64,000 nucleotides of DNA from Candidatus Micrarchaeota archaeon. Lineage in GTDB: Archaea > Micrarchaeota > Micrarchaeia > Micrarchaeales > Micrarchaeaceae. Positions 18,161 to 28,124 of this stretch are shown piece after piece. How positions within the stretch are numbered: the first letter of the stretch is position 1; each line of letters opens with the position of its first letter. The stretch is taken from the NCBI GenBank assembly GCA_021798935.1, contig JAJZBL010000001.1:129292-193291 (forward strand), given 5' to 3'. The translations under genes and the position numbers were made by a program. Under the pieces are notes generated by a model. It worked only from the letters and a program-made list of their open reading frames with translations. It searched no databases and was not told where the DNA came from.

Positions 18161-18904
18161 TTGGCGTCATCATTAAATAAACCAAAATTAATAGTTAATG
18201 GAAAACGAATAGATGGAAGAGATTTCAATGAGCTTAGGCCATTGAAGATAGAAGCAGGAGTTTTGAAGAATGCAGATGGCTCTGCTTATGAAGAATGGGG
18301 CAACAATAAAGTGCTTGCAGCAGTTTATGGCCCAAAGGAAGCTCCAAGGTATTTGGCAGATCCTGAGAAGGCAGTCATAAGAGCTAAGTATTCTATGGCA
18401 TCATTCTCTGGATTAGATGGGCATGGAAGGTCAGCTCCATCTAGGAGAGAAGTGGAGATATCAAAAGTGACATCTGATGTATTCTCAAATATAATAGAAG
18501 TCTCACAATTTCCAAATTCAGTAATAGAAATAGATATAGAAATTCTTCAGAGTGATGGTGGGACGAGGGCTGCAGGGATAACAGCTGCTTCAGTCGCATT
18601 GGCAAATGCAGGTATACCTATGAAGGACCTTGTTTATGCAGTAAGCGGCGCAAGGATAGAGGATAAAATGGCAATAGATGTCAATATGATAGAAGACAAC
18701 TATTCAGATGCCGATATACCATTTGCAATTTCCCCTAGAAACAATGAGGTCTTGCTTCTTCAATTTGATGGCGGTGTTACACCTGAGCAAATGAAGGAAG
18801 CAGAAAAATTGGTGCTTGAAGCAGGCAAAACTATATCCAAGATACAGAAGGACGCATTGAAGAAATCTTATGAGGATATATCTGCGAAGTATGAAAAGAA
18901 ATGA
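18161..18904 (+). CDS. rrp41: Exosome core subunit Rrp41
   Basis: RIDGR.F.ELRP, ADGSAY, AAVYGPKE, RREVEIS, QSDGGTR.A; TTG start. Confidence 0.96.
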   Translation: MASSLNKPKLIVNGKRIDGRDFNELRPLKIEAGVLKNADGSAYEEWGNNKVLAAVYGPKEAPRYLADPEKAVIRAKYSMASFSGLDGHGRSAPSRREVEISKVTSDVFSNIIEVSQFPNSVIEIDIEILQSDGGTRAAGITAASVALANAGIPMKDLVYAVSGARIEDKMAIDVNMIEDNYSDADIPFAISPRNNEVLLLQFDGGVTPEQMKEAEKLVLEAGKTISKIQKDALKKSYEDISAKYEKK

Positions 18905-18924
18905 GGTGTATTTATTTGGATGCA

Positions 18925-19692
18925 ATGTCTAGGATGAAATCAAATTATATTAAGAAGCTCTCCGAAGAAGGAAAGCGTGAGGATTCAAGGAATGCCTTTG
19001 ACTTTAGAGACATAAAAATAATTAAGGGCTTAATAGATCATGCAGAAGGTTCTGCACAGGTTGATATAGGTGACACAAGGGTGATCGCTGGGGTAAAGAT
19101 GGTTGTTGAATCGCCACACGAAGATACCCCAAATGAAGGCAATCTTGTTGTATCAGTTACAATACTACCTATGGCCGCTACGGAATATGAATCGGGCCCA
19201 CCTTCACCTGAAGAGATTGAGTTGTCAAGAGTGACTGATAGGGGTATCCGTTCTGCAGTATCAATAGATCCAGCTAGCCTTTTCATAGAAGAAGGAAAAG
19301 TATGGAGCGTTTATGTAGATGTATATGTGCTTAATTACAGTGGCAATATGCTAGATGCAGCTAGCATTGCGGCAATGGCTGCCTTAGTAAATGCAAGAGT
19401 GCCTGAGTACAAGGATGGCTCAGTCAATTATGAAAAGAGAGACAAAAAATTGAATATAAAGAATATAGTAACTTCTACAACCTTTGCAAAAATCGGATCT
19501 TCGTTATTCCTTGATCCAAACGAGAATGAAGAGTCAGCTATGGATGCAAGATTAACAGTACAGGTTGATGACAAGGAGATAAGAGCTATGCAGAAGGGGC
19601 TACCTGGAAGCTTTACAATGGACGAGATAAATAAGCTTATAGATGTTTCTTTTGATAAACATAAAGAGCTTAAGGAACTTATAATGAAATGA
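18925..19692 (+). CDS. rrp42: Exosome core subunit Rrp42
   Basis: REDSR...DFR, AEGSA.V.IG.T.V.AGVK, P..DTPNEG, E.GPP, ELSRVTDRGIRS. Confidence 0.96.
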   Translation: MSRMKSNYIKKLSEEGKREDSRNAFDFRDIKIIKGLIDHAEGSAQVDIGDTRVIAGVKMVVESPHEDTPNEGNLVVSVTILPMAATEYESGPPSPEEIELSRVTDRGIRSAVSIDPASLFIEEGKVWSVYVDVYVLNYSGNMLDAASIAAMAALVNARVPEYKDGSVNYEKRDKKLNIKNIVTSTTFAKIGSSLFLDPNENEESAMDARLTVQVDDKEIRAMQKGLPGSFTMDEINKLIDVSFDKHKELKELIMK

Positions 19693-19701
19693 GTGATTAA
19701 T

Positions 19702-19977
19702 ATGTCAAGCGGAAACATAAGATACGGAGCTACAATAAGGAAAAGGAAGAGAGCAGTAACCCTGCAGAAGATAGCACTTTATAAATGCGAGTCTTGCGGC
19801 AAGAACTCTGTTGAAAGGATAAGTACTGCCATATGGAGGTGCAGGCATTGCGGCAAGATCTATGCAGGTGGTGCATATACGTTTACCACACCTATGGGGG
19901 CTATTTCAAAGCATTCACTGGATTCAATAGGAAAATCCCAGCCTGTGTCCATCCAGAATAACCCTAAACAGGTGTAA
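19702..19977 (+). CDS. rpl37ae: 50S ribosomal protein L37Ae
   Basis: RYGATIRKR, CESCG..V.RISTAIW.CRHCG..YAGGAY. Confidence 0.95.
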   Translation: MSSGNIRYGATIRKRKRAVTLQKIALYKCESCGKNSVERISTAIWRCRHCGKIYAGGAYTFTTPMGAISKHSLDSIGKSQPVSIQNNPKQV

Positions 19978-19980
19978 ACA

Positions 19981-20355
19981 TTGGAAAATAAAATATCAAT
20001 AACTTATGCTCCTATACATGAAGTTATAGTACATGAGATAGTAAAAGTAGAGCTTGAAGACCTTATGAGAGAAAGGGTAACACCATCAGGCACTCTCCCC
20101 CTTTACTGGTGTAATGGAGTGATATTCTCATTTTCATCGCTTCCAATGTCAAGGAAAGTATTAGATGACTACCTCGATGGCAGGATACATTGGATGGAAG
20201 TTCACTTCTCCCAGATGAAGGAGTATTCTTCCTCAATAGAATTGAAGGATGAACAGCACTACTCAGGCAAAGTGGAGATAAGAGTTATAGATACATCAAA
20301 ATCTAATATACACCAGGAGTTTATAAAGTGGCTGAAGAAGAATACTAAGATATAA
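19981..20355 (+). CDS. Conserved hypothetical protein
   Basis: 124-aa ORF embedded in the operon between L37Ae and RpoP (L.WCNGVIF motif). Confidence 0.6.
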   Translation: MENKISITYAPIHEVIVHEIVKVELEDLMRERVTPSGTLPLYWCNGVIFSFSSLPMSRKVLDDYLDGRIHWMEVHFSQMKEYSSSIELKDEQHYSGKVEIRVIDTSKSNIHQEFIKWLKKNTKI

Positions 20356-20403
20356 ATATTATCTTAAAACATAATTACTGCTAAATTTAATTGAGGTATA
20401 AAA

Positions 20404-20535
20404 ATGGACTATATTTGCGCAAACTGTGGCAGAGACGTAGATTATAACGAGAATTTCATAGCATGCAGTTACTGCAATTCCCGGATAGTAATAAAGAAAA
20501 GGCCAAGCATACCAAGGGAAGTATCTACTGATTGA
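20404..20535 (+). CDS. rpoP: RNA polymerase subunit P (Rpo12)
   Basis: Below the track cutoff. Manual translation MDYICANCGRDVDYNENFIACSYCNSRIVIKKRPSIPREVSTD gives a Zn ribbon plus RI..KKRP, at the expected syntenic position. Confidence 0.9.
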   Translation: MDYICANCGRDVDYNENFIACSYCNSRIVIKKRPSIPREVSTD

Positions 20536-20612
20536 TTGTTTTATTGCATTTTGCTTAATCCTAATCCTGCATGAATGAAGGTTTTAAAAATCTTTCAGAT
20601 GCTAATTGTATT

Positions 20613-21149
20613 ATGGACAAAAAGCAGCAAGTGGGAAAAGCATTGCTGGTTATAATATTATTGCTTTTTGTAGCTATAGCATTCCTCATATTTATAGCAT
20701 TAAAGGTGTATGTGCCCACAACAATTTACAAGACTAATATAATCTATCTTTACCATAATTACAATTCCTCAATCAGAGCAAATATAACCTCTGATCCATA
20801 CATGGTAGTTGTAGGAACCTTAAATCTGAAAGGGCCTGGAATCAACGATTCTATTCCAATATATAGATCATCTTCAGCGATCGCATGCCCATCAGAATCA
20901 ACCACTGGATTGCCGTGCCCCCTTCCCGATAACCTTATTATATTCAACGAGCTCAAGCCCTTATCATATTATAATCTCTCTTTCACAGGATCTGCATCTC
21001 CAATATGTATAAAAGGCAGGATATGCCCGTTTGCTAATTTGAATGTATCTGCATTGCCTAATTATATAGTAGCACTTAGGTACAGCAAAGAGATTGAAAC
21101 AGGGCCAAACGGCAGCGTTGTAAATGTCCCAGTATCATTAGAAAACTAA
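20613..21149 (+). CDS. Membrane-anchored secreted hypothetical protein
   Basis: N-terminal hydrophobic helix followed by a Cys/Pro/Asn-rich region with N-x-S/T sequons. Confidence 0.65.
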   Translation: MDKKQQVGKALLVIILLLFVAIAFLIFIALKVYVPTTIYKTNIIYLYHNYNSSIRANITSDPYMVVVGTLNLKGPGINDSIPIYRSSSAIACPSESTTGLPCPLPDNLIIFNELKPLSYYNLSFTGSASPICIKGRICPFANLNVSALPNYIVALRYSKEIETGPNGSVVNVPVSLEN

Positions 21150-21202
21150 AAACTTTAAAAATTTAAAAGCAGGAAGAAAGAGCTAAAGAAAAGGAAAGAA
21201 GA

Positions 21203-21688
21203 TCAGACTCTTCTTCCTCTTTTACCTCCAGCCCTTCTAGTTGTATCTGTTGGTATAGGGGTTACATCGGATATGCCATTTATTGTAAGGCCGCTTCTAG
21301 CCAATACTCTTACCACTGCCTGTGCTCCTGTCCCTGGTGTCTTTGAATTGTGTCCACCAGGAGCTCTTATCTCTATCGTAATATTAGTTATTCCTTTCTC
21401 CTTTGCATCTGCCGCTACCTTGTAAGCAGCCTGCATAGCAGCATAAGGAGAACCTTCCTGAGAATCTGCATTTACTATCATTCCTCCACTTCCGACTGCT
21501 ATAGTTTCAGCGCCACTCATATCGGTAAGGGTTATTATAGTATCATTCTTGGAGGAATATACATGTGCAACTGCAAGCCTCTGCGGCCTTTCTTTGACTA
21601 TAGGTGCTTCCATAGCCTTTGCTTCATAAGATTCTTCTCCTTTAACCTTTTTGCCCTCATCTGTTTTCAATTTTTTTCCTTTAGCCAT
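21203..21688 (-). CDS. rps11: 30S ribosomal protein S11
   Basis: [60 protein letters not shown]. Confidence 0.97.
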   Translation of the reverse strand: MAKGKKLKTDEGKKVKGEESYEAKAMEAPIVKERPQRLAVAHVYSSKNDTIITLTDMSGAETIAVGSGGMIVNADSQEGSPYAAMQAAYKVAADAKEKGITNITIEIRAPGGHNSKTPGTGAQAVVRVLARSGLTINGISDVTPIPTDTTRRAGGKRGRRV

Positions 21689-21705
21689 AATAAATACCTC
21701 TTGCT

Positions 21706-22281
21706 TCATTCACTTACATTAGAAGGGCTTGCTTGTTCTGCAGCAATACCCTCATTGTTTAAATCTGAATGGCTTTCTTCATGCTTAGGAACTACTTCCA
21801 AGTTGATTGGCCTATAATAGCCAAGCTTGTCTTCCTCAGAAACAGCTACTCTATAGCTAGGCTTGTCTATCTTCCTTCCGCTTATCGCTATAAATCCATG
21901 TGTTATCAATTGCCTTGATTGAGCCATGCTTTTTGCAAGCCCTTTTCTGAATACCAAGGATTGCAAGCGCCTTTCAAGGAATGCAGTTTCATCTAAATCA
22001 AGAGTCTTCTCCAAGGTAACTCCTGGTGCTGCTATCCCATACTTTACCAGCTTGTTCAAGATATTATTGGAAATCCTTTTCACGTTTTCAGACTCAGATG
22101 CAGAAAGCAATAACCTGACATTGCCTCTAAGCTTGCTAAGCTCAGTCTGGATCTTCCACAACTCCTTTTCATTTTTAAGCCCGAATTCCTTTATAAGCTT
22201 TGAATCCGCCTCAATTCTGCTTTTGCTCCACATATCTCGAGGCTTATCATATTTTCTTCTATTTCTCTTTGGTGCTCCCAA
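21706..22281 (-). CDS. rps4: 30S ribosomal protein S4
   Basis: MGAP..NRRKY..P...W, FGLKN.KELW, LERRLQ.LV.RKGLA.S..QSRQLI.HG.I. Confidence 0.96.
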   Translation of the reverse strand: MGAPKRNRRKYDKPRDMWSKSRIEADSKLIKEFGLKNEKELWKIQTELSKLRGNVRLLLSASESENVKRISNNILNKLVKYGIAAPGVTLEKTLDLDETAFLERRLQSLVFRKGLAKSMAQSRQLITHGFIAISGRKIDKPSYRVAVSEEDKLGYYRPINLEVVPKHEESHSDLNNEGIAAEQASPSNVSE

Positions 22282-22296
22282 TTAATCACTCATTTA

Positions 22297-22935
22297 TTAT
22301 TTTTTAGATGAAGATGAAGCAGATGTTGCAGGCTTATTCGCCTTCTTAGTAACTCCAACAGTAGCTCCTTTTCTTCCTGTAGAACGTGTATGCTGGCCCC
22401 TCACTCTAAGGTTATACTGGTGTCTGTAGCCAACCCATGTCCTAAGTGTTACTTCTCTGCTAATATCCTGTCTTGTTGCAAATACTAGATCATTTCCAAC
22501 AACATGCAAATCCTTTCCTGTTTCCATATCTTTATTCCTATTGAGCAGGAATGAAGGAATTCCAAATTTCGCAGGATCCTTTATAACGCCTTCTAACTTT
22601 GAAAGCTGCTCATCATTTAAATCTTCGAGTCTTGTCTCAGGAGGTATATTCAAGCTTTTATCTATTACATATCTCAATCCATTTGCCATAGAAAAGCCTA
22701 TCCCTCTTATATTCATGATTGCTTTCTCAATATCCAAGTTTCCAGGTATATCCTTTCCTGAAAGCCTTATTATCGATGCACTTCTTGCAGATTTCTCATC
22801 ATATCTTTTCTCCTTTGGCTCTATCTGCTTTGCAGTCTTTTGCTGAGATTTTGCTTTAACTTCAACCTTTGCCTCTGCAGGTGCCTCCGTCTTTGGTTTC
22901 TCTGCTTTATTGACGTCTTTTTTTTGTTCTGACAT
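22297..22935 (-). CDS. rps13: 30S ribosomal protein S13 with K/E-rich N-terminal extension
   Basis: IIRLSGKDI.G, I.GIG, P.FLLNR.KD.ETG.D.H, W.GYRH...LRVRGQHTRSTGR. Confidence 0.96.
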   Translation of the reverse strand: MSEQKKDVNKAEKPKTEAPAEAKVEVKAKSQQKTAKQIEPKEKRYDEKSARSASIIRLSGKDIPGNLDIEKAIMNIRGIGFSMANGLRYVIDKSLNIPPETRLEDLNDEQLSKLEGVIKDPAKFGIPSFLLNRNKDMETGKDLHVVGNDLVFATRQDISREVTLRTWVGYRHQYNLRVRGQHTRSTGRKGATVGVTKKANKPATSASSSSKK

Positions 22936-23018
22936 AAATATTCACCATTTAATGAAACTATTAAATAAAACTATAAAATTATATAACAATATTTAACCTA
23001 TAATATTATTAATTTATC

Positions 23019-23072
23019 TTTATTGCAAGTTATTATACGCCAGGGTTTATTGCAAGTTATTATACGCCAGGG
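23019..23072. repeat. Perfect 27-bp tandem duplication covering the tRNA-Ser(GGA) 3' end
   Basis: TTTATTGCAAGTTATTATACGCCAGGG at 23019-23045 and 23046-23072. Confidence 0.95.
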
Positions 23073-23198
23073 CTGGGATATTCCGCCTATTTATAAAATT
23101 TTACAAATGAAGCTTTTGAACCCAGAAGGCCTAGAAAGGCCATACGCTTACAGGTATGAACTCCAGGCGTACGCGTTACCGGTTTCCGCCATCCTGGC
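23065..23198 (-). tRNA. tRNA-Ser(GGA) with two introns (37/38, 12 nt; 59/60, 36 nt)
   Basis: GCCAGGA-TG-GCGG...CGC-G-TACGC-CT-GGA-G [TTCATACCTGTA, 23160-23149] A-GCGTA, variable arm, CTGGG-TTCAAA [36-nt hairpin, 23114-23079] T-CCCAG-CCCTGGC-G. Both inserts give relaxed BHB/BHL motifs. Confidence 0.88.
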
Positions 23199-23371
23199 TT
23201 ACTATTAATCTAATAATAATATTATTTAAACTTTACTAACAAACCAAATAAATTTTTGTGCATTTCGTTTTTAAACAGCAAAGCAAAATTACTTTCTATT
23301 CTAAGGTGGCTTTCTAAATTCAAACAAAAGGTTAATATAACTTTAAAAAGCCATTGTAATATCAAGGTGTT

Positions 23372-24826
23372 ATGATGGCAGAAGAGTACAAACTCAACAA
23401 GTTGAACGAACTTAAAAGCATGGGAATTAATCCTTATCCATATTCATACAAGGTAACTCATCATTCAGAGGAAATAAAGTTAAACTTTGATAAATTAGAA
23501 GATACCGATGTCGCAGCTGCAGGGAGGATAATAGGCTTGAGGCATATGGGCAAGCTTTACTTCTTCGATCTTTTAGATGGTGAAGGGAAAATACAAGTTA
23601 TGGCTGCACCAAACTTTTCTTCAGAAGAATCACTGAGAATATTGGAAAATTTAGATACAGGGGATTTTGCAGGTGTCGAAGGCAGAGTGACTAAGTCAAA
23701 AAGAGGAGAGATAAGTATAGCTGCCAAAGAGATTACAGTACTATCAAAAAGCCTTCTCTCGCTGCCTGAAAAGTTCCATGGCCTAACTGATGTCGAATTG
23801 AGGTATAGGAAAAGATATTTAGATTTAATCTCAAATACTGAGGTAAGGAAATTTTTTGTAACAAGGGCAAAGATATTGAAGTACATGAGGGATTTCTTTG
23901 ATTCAAGAGGATATGTAGAGTTCGAAACACCTATACTACAGCCAACATATGGAGGTGCAAATGCTTCTCCATTCAAGACCCATTTCAATGCACTTAACCA
24001 GGATATGTTCTTGAGGATAGCTGATGAGCTGTACTTGAAAAGGCTAATAGTAGGAGGATTTGAGAAGGTATATGAGGTTTCAAAAGATTTCCGCAATGAA
24101 GATATAGACTCAACTCATAACCCAGAATTCACGCAGATAGAAGCATACGAGATGTTCAAGGATTATGAGGACTACATGAAGATGACCGAAGAACTGCTCA
24201 GCGGAATGGTAAAGTTCCTTTTTGGATCATACAAAATAAATTACCAAGGAAAGGAATTAGATTTCACGCCTCCATTTAAAAGACTATACTGGGTAGAAGT
24301 GCTTAATGAGAAGATAGGGGTAGATGTGTCAAAGCTTACAGACAAAGAGGCAAAAGAGATTGCTGAGAAAGAAAATCTTGATATACCTCTGAAGAATGCA
24401 TATCATGTTGCGGATGCATTATTCGACAAATATATAAAGCCAGACCTATTTAATCCTGTATTCGTGCTGGATTTCCCTGCTTACATGTCTCCATTGACAA
24501 AAGATAAAAGAGGAAATAGCAGGTTGAGCGAAAGGTTTGAACTTTATTTGGCAGGCAAAGAGGATGTAAACTGTTATTCCGAGCTTACAGATCCAATAGA
24601 GCAGAGGAAGAAATTTGAGGAACAGGACAAGGAGAGGAAGAAAGGTGATCCAGAGGCACCGCCAATAGATGAAGACTTCCTTGAAGCTATAGAATATGGA
24701 ATGCCACCCACTGCAGGAATCGGAATTGGCATAGATAGGCTTGCCATGATATTGACCGATAATACCTCAATAAAAGAAGTGATAACTTTCCCTACAGTGA
24801 AAACCGAGAAGCAGAATGGTGTTTAA
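23372..24826 (+). CDS. lysS: Lysyl-tRNA synthetase, class II
   Basis: OB-fold N-terminus, ELRYRKRYLDL, ETPILQ, LRIA.ELYLKRL, FRNE.ID.THNPEFT, YGMPPTAG.GIGIDRL. Confidence 0.97.
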   Translation: MMAEEYKLNKLNELKSMGINPYPYSYKVTHHSEEIKLNFDKLEDTDVAAAGRIIGLRHMGKLYFFDLLDGEGKIQVMAAPNFSSEESLRILENLDTGDFAGVEGRVTKSKRGEISIAAKEITVLSKSLLSLPEKFHGLTDVELRYRKRYLDLISNTEVRKFFVTRAKILKYMRDFFDSRGYVEFETPILQPTYGGANASPFKTHFNALNQDMFLRIADELYLKRLIVGGFEKVYEVSKDFRNEDIDSTHNPEFTQIEAYEMFKDYEDYMKMTEELLSGMVKFLFGSYKINYQGKELDFTPPFKRLYWVEVLNEKIGVDVSKLTDKEAKEIAEKENLDIPLKNAYHVADALFDKYIKPDLFNPVFVLDFPAYMSPLTKDKRGNSRLSERFELYLAGKEDVNCYSELTDPIEQRKKFEEQDKERKKGDPEAPPIDEDFLEAIEYGMPPTAGIGIGIDRLAMILTDNTSIKEVITFPTVKTEKQNGV

Positions 24827-24889
24827 CTAATAGCAATTCAGCAACTTTCCGCTTCCAAAAGCATAAATAAATAATTCGAACCATAATAA

Positions 24890-26053
24890 TTGATAAAGAT
24901 GCCATTGGATCAGAAGATTGCCGATTTTGTAACACCCTTGATAAGAAAGTATTACAGCAAGGTAATTATAGATGTAGACCACCTTTCAGAGAGGGAATTC
25001 GGCTTTGGCAGCTTTGAGAGCAAAATAACAACAAGGCATCATGCTTTTCAGGATAAAGATCAGCTTCACGATTACCTTGTAGCAAATGCACCTCCCTTCG
25101 TATCATGCTCTCCATCATTATATGAAAGGCCTGCAGCAAGGCCTATGGAAGCAAAGGGGTGGAAAGGTGCTGAACTAGTTTTTGACTTAGATTCTAATGA
25201 TCTGCATTTATCATGCCAAAAGGAGCATGGAAGCTCATGGGTATGTGACAACTGCTTTGATGCAGTTAAGGATGAAGCACTGAAGCTTATAGAAGATTTT
25301 CTTATCTCTGATTTTGGGTTCTCTGAAAATGAGATAAAGATAAATTTCAGCGGCAATAGGGGTTACCATATCCATGTAATATCCGATGATGTGATGAACT
25401 TAAATTCAAAGGAAAGGAAGGAAATGAGCGATTACATATCAGGAAACAATATAGATATAGAAGCATTTTTCCCTTCGATAAACGAAAGGGGTGCTCGTTT
25501 GAATGGGCCTAAGCCATCGGATTTTGGATGGGGTGGCAGGATAGCAAAAGGAGTTGTTAATGCATTGAATTCAGGAGAGAATTCCCTTGAGCTGCTTGGG
25601 ATTGATTCTACAAACAGCCGCAGACTTATAAGGAATAAAGCAAAGGTAATATCAGGGATAGAAACGGGTAACTGGGATAAAGTGAAAATAACAAAAAAAT
25701 CTGAATTTTGGAATAACGTAATTACAAACATGACAATAAAGCAAAGCGATGCAATAGACCGGAATGTAACCAATGACACATCACATATACTAAGAGTACC
25801 TAATACCTTGCACGGGGATACCGGACTGATAGCAAGAAAGATAAAATCAATAGCCGCCTTGGAGAAATTTGATCCCATGAAAAATGCTCTAGCATTCTCT
25901 GATAGGCCTGTGAAGATACATGCAATCAGCGTGCCTAAACTAAGGGTAAATGACGTTATCTATGGGCCATACAAAGATGAAGATGCAGAAGTGGGGCTTG
26001 CGGCTGCAGTTTACATGATGCTCAAGCGTGTTGCAGTCATCGCAGATAATTAG
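24890..26053 (+). CDS. priS: DNA primase catalytic subunit PriS (not fused to PriL)
   Basis: W.GAELVFDLD, FSGNRGYHI, ID..VT.D...ILRVP.TLHG.TG. Start uncertain (TTG 24890 or ATG 24899). Confidence 0.95.
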   Translation: MIKMPLDQKIADFVTPLIRKYYSKVIIDVDHLSEREFGFGSFESKITTRHHAFQDKDQLHDYLVANAPPFVSCSPSLYERPAARPMEAKGWKGAELVFDLDSNDLHLSCQKEHGSSWVCDNCFDAVKDEALKLIEDFLISDFGFSENEIKINFSGNRGYHIHVISDDVMNLNSKERKEMSDYISGNNIDIEAFFPSINERGARLNGPKPSDFGWGGRIAKGVVNALNSGENSLELLGIDSTNSRRLIRNKAKVISGIETGNWDKVKITKKSEFWNNVITNMTIKQSDAIDRNVTNDTSHILRVPNTLHGDTGLIARKIKSIAALEKFDPMKNALAFSDRPVKIHAISVPKLRVNDVIYGPYKDEDAEVGLAAAVYMMLKRVAVIADN

Positions 26054-26077
26054 AAAACATCTAAATAAAGCAATAAG

Positions 26078-26350
26078 GTGAATTTGTATTTGAACATTAT
26101 TAAAGAAATATCGATAGGGTCTAAATTGCTGCTATTCCTATTGCTGCTTGCAGTTATTGTCTTGATAGTTATAATAATAGAGGCTGTGATATTTATCTTC
26201 GAGCACATAATAATATTTGCAGTGATAATTCTAATACTGCTGTTGTTTTTATTTTATGTGAAACACGGGATCAGGAAATACTTTTCTCCTGCTTACAAAA
26301 AACAGGTTAACAAAAATGCTTATGATGCAAAATATAAAAAGATAGAATGA
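26078..26350 (+). CDS. Small membrane hypothetical protein
   Basis: Two hydrophobic helices and a basic tail. Confidence 0.5.
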   Translation: MNLYLNIIKEISIGSKLLLFLLLLAVIVLIVIIIEAVIFIFEHIIIFAVIILILLLFLFYVKHGIRKYFSPAYKKQVNKNAYDAKYKKIE

Positions 26351-26367
26351 ATAAGCAGTGGCCAAAA

Positions 26368-26739
26368 TCAATCTTTTTCTTCTGAAGAATCTGTTCCATC
26401 CTCCATTCTTTCTACAACACTGTTCATCTCAGGGTAATATTTGTTGACCAATTCATTGCCCTTTTCTTCACCTAACGTGTTTATTATGTTGTTCTTGCAT
26501 TCATTCATCGCTTTCTTTATACCTTCTTTAGTTGGATTCTTGAAATCTACATTGCACTTCCTGAATACATCACCTAAATAGACCTTAACCCTCGCATTAA
26601 GCTCCTCAGCCGGAACCTTTTCGTCCATCGCATCTGCCATCTCTTTATTTGCATTTGTAAAACAGGATACAAGATGGTTTACAACATAGTCCTTGTCCAA
26701 TTTTTTGTTTTTTGAATCACTTGTATTGTTATCTTCCAC
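26368..26739 (-). CDS. Hypothetical protein
   Basis: 123-aa helical ORF with no overlap; function not recognised. Confidence 0.6.
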   Translation of the reverse strand: MEDNNTSDSKNKKLDKDYVVNHLVSCFTNANKEMADAMDEKVPAEELNARVKVYLGDVFRKCNVDFKNPTKEGIKKAMNECKNNIINTLGEEKGNELVNKYYPEMNSVVERMEDGTDSSEEKD

Positions 26740-26896
26740 TGAATCACAATCATATAACTGGGTTATAAAATAAAAATGTTAACCTTACAAAGTTTTACTC
26801 AGTGTAAGAATAGGTAGGTTCGCCAAAACTTTGTTTTATAACCTTTAAATAACTAAATAAATTTAAATGTATAATGCTATTTTATAATGCATTCGC

Positions 26897-28117
26897 ATGT
26901 CAGATAGATTGTTGGTTCTTGCTGTCGATATAGATAATGATTTATTCCAAAAGACTGGGATAAATGGTCCAGTCGTAGGTAGGGAAAAGATGCTTGATGC
27001 AGCAGCCAAATTGGCTCTTGCAGATCCATTGGATAGCGATGGCAATACCTTATTTGAAGCAGTTAAAAAATATGATGAGCTCAAAGAGAAGGATTACGAA
27101 GTTTATGTAGCAGAGATAACGGGTGCAGTGACTGAGAACTTTTTAGCAGACGAGGAAATATCAAGACAACTTGACCAGCTGCTTAATGAGCTTAAGGTGG
27201 ATGGATGCGTACTTGTAACAGATGGTGCTAGCGATAATAGGGTACTTCCAATTTTAAAGACCCGGCTTAAAGTAAACAGCGTGGATTATGTAAGGATAAA
27301 GCAAGCAGAAGGTTTTGAAAATACTTACTTCACTATAATGGAAAAGCTAAAAGAGCCACATTATGCTCGGATAGTATTTGGTATACCCGCCATATTGATA
27401 TTGCTTTTTTCAATTTCCTACTATTTCCATTTAGGAATTGCATTTCCATTTGTTCTGATAGGTCTTTACCTGATAATCAAGGGGGTAGGTGCAGATACGA
27501 TACTTATAGACTCATTTACTGGATTGGGGATGAGCATAAAGAGAATAAGTTTTATCTTTTATATTGCTTCAATACTTTTTGCAATATCTAGCCTTATAGT
27601 TGGTTATAGCAGCTATATGTCCAGCATAACATCGGACAATTCAGTACTTGTAAGCTATGCCTATGGTATAGAAGGCATATTGCTGCTTTTCCCAATAAGT
27701 ATCGTACTTTACATAATAGGCAGAATAATAGACTTAAACAATTTGCACATGTATTACAGAGTGATAAATCAAGGCGTTTACATAGGATATTCGGTTATAA
27801 CTCTTTCATTGGTATATGTATTTTCAGCGTGGGTAATAGGGCAGATATATTTCTCTCAGCTAATTGGATATTCTATATTAGCCTTTATAATAGGGTATGC
27901 AGTTACTGAATTGACTTTATCGTTCAAAAAGCATATAGTGAAGGGATTAAAGCTGAAGAATAAAGTTGTAATAAATGAGATAGGCACTTACATAGGAAAA
28001 GTCTACAATATAAATATCAGAAAAAGTAAGATGTCAGTAAAGACCGACTACAATATGACTCTAACATTTGACATAGACCGCATAGTGGGTATATCTGACA
28101 GAATAATAATAAGATAA
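26897..28117 (+). CDS. DUF373-family membrane protein with C-terminal PRC-barrel-like domain
   Basis: LVLAVDIDNDL..K.G..GPVVGRE...AA.KLALADP.DSD.N, VTDGASD, V...QA; central TM helices. Confidence 0.88.
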   Translation: MSDRLLVLAVDIDNDLFQKTGINGPVVGREKMLDAAAKLALADPLDSDGNTLFEAVKKYDELKEKDYEVYVAEITGAVTENFLADEEISRQLDQLLNELKVDGCVLVTDGASDNRVLPILKTRLKVNSVDYVRIKQAEGFENTYFTIMEKLKEPHYARIVFGIPAILILLFSISYYFHLGIAFPFVLIGLYLIIKGVGADTILIDSFTGLGMSIKRISFIFYIASILFAISSLIVGYSSYMSSITSDNSVLVSYAYGIEGILLLFPISIVLYIIGRIIDLNNLHMYYRVINQGVYIGYSVITLSLVYVFSAWVIGQIYFSQLIGYSILAFIIGYAVTELTLSFKKHIVKGLKLKNKVVINEIGTYIGKVYNINIRKSKMSVKTDYNMTLTFDIDRIVGISDRIIIR

Positions 28118-28124
28118 GGTTCAG

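Noticed and set aside
23019-23072. 27-bp direct repeat as a possible CRISPR array
   Set aside because: Only two adjacent copies, no spacer, no cas genes, and the unit is tRNA-derived.
23023-23208. 61-aa ORF beginning with a repeated MQVIIRQG peptide
   Set aside because: It is the antisense translation of the 27-bp duplication and tRNA-Ser(GGA), not a protein.
23372-24826. Class II LysRS as an anomaly
   Set aside because: Class II LysRS is already known from several archaeal lineages.
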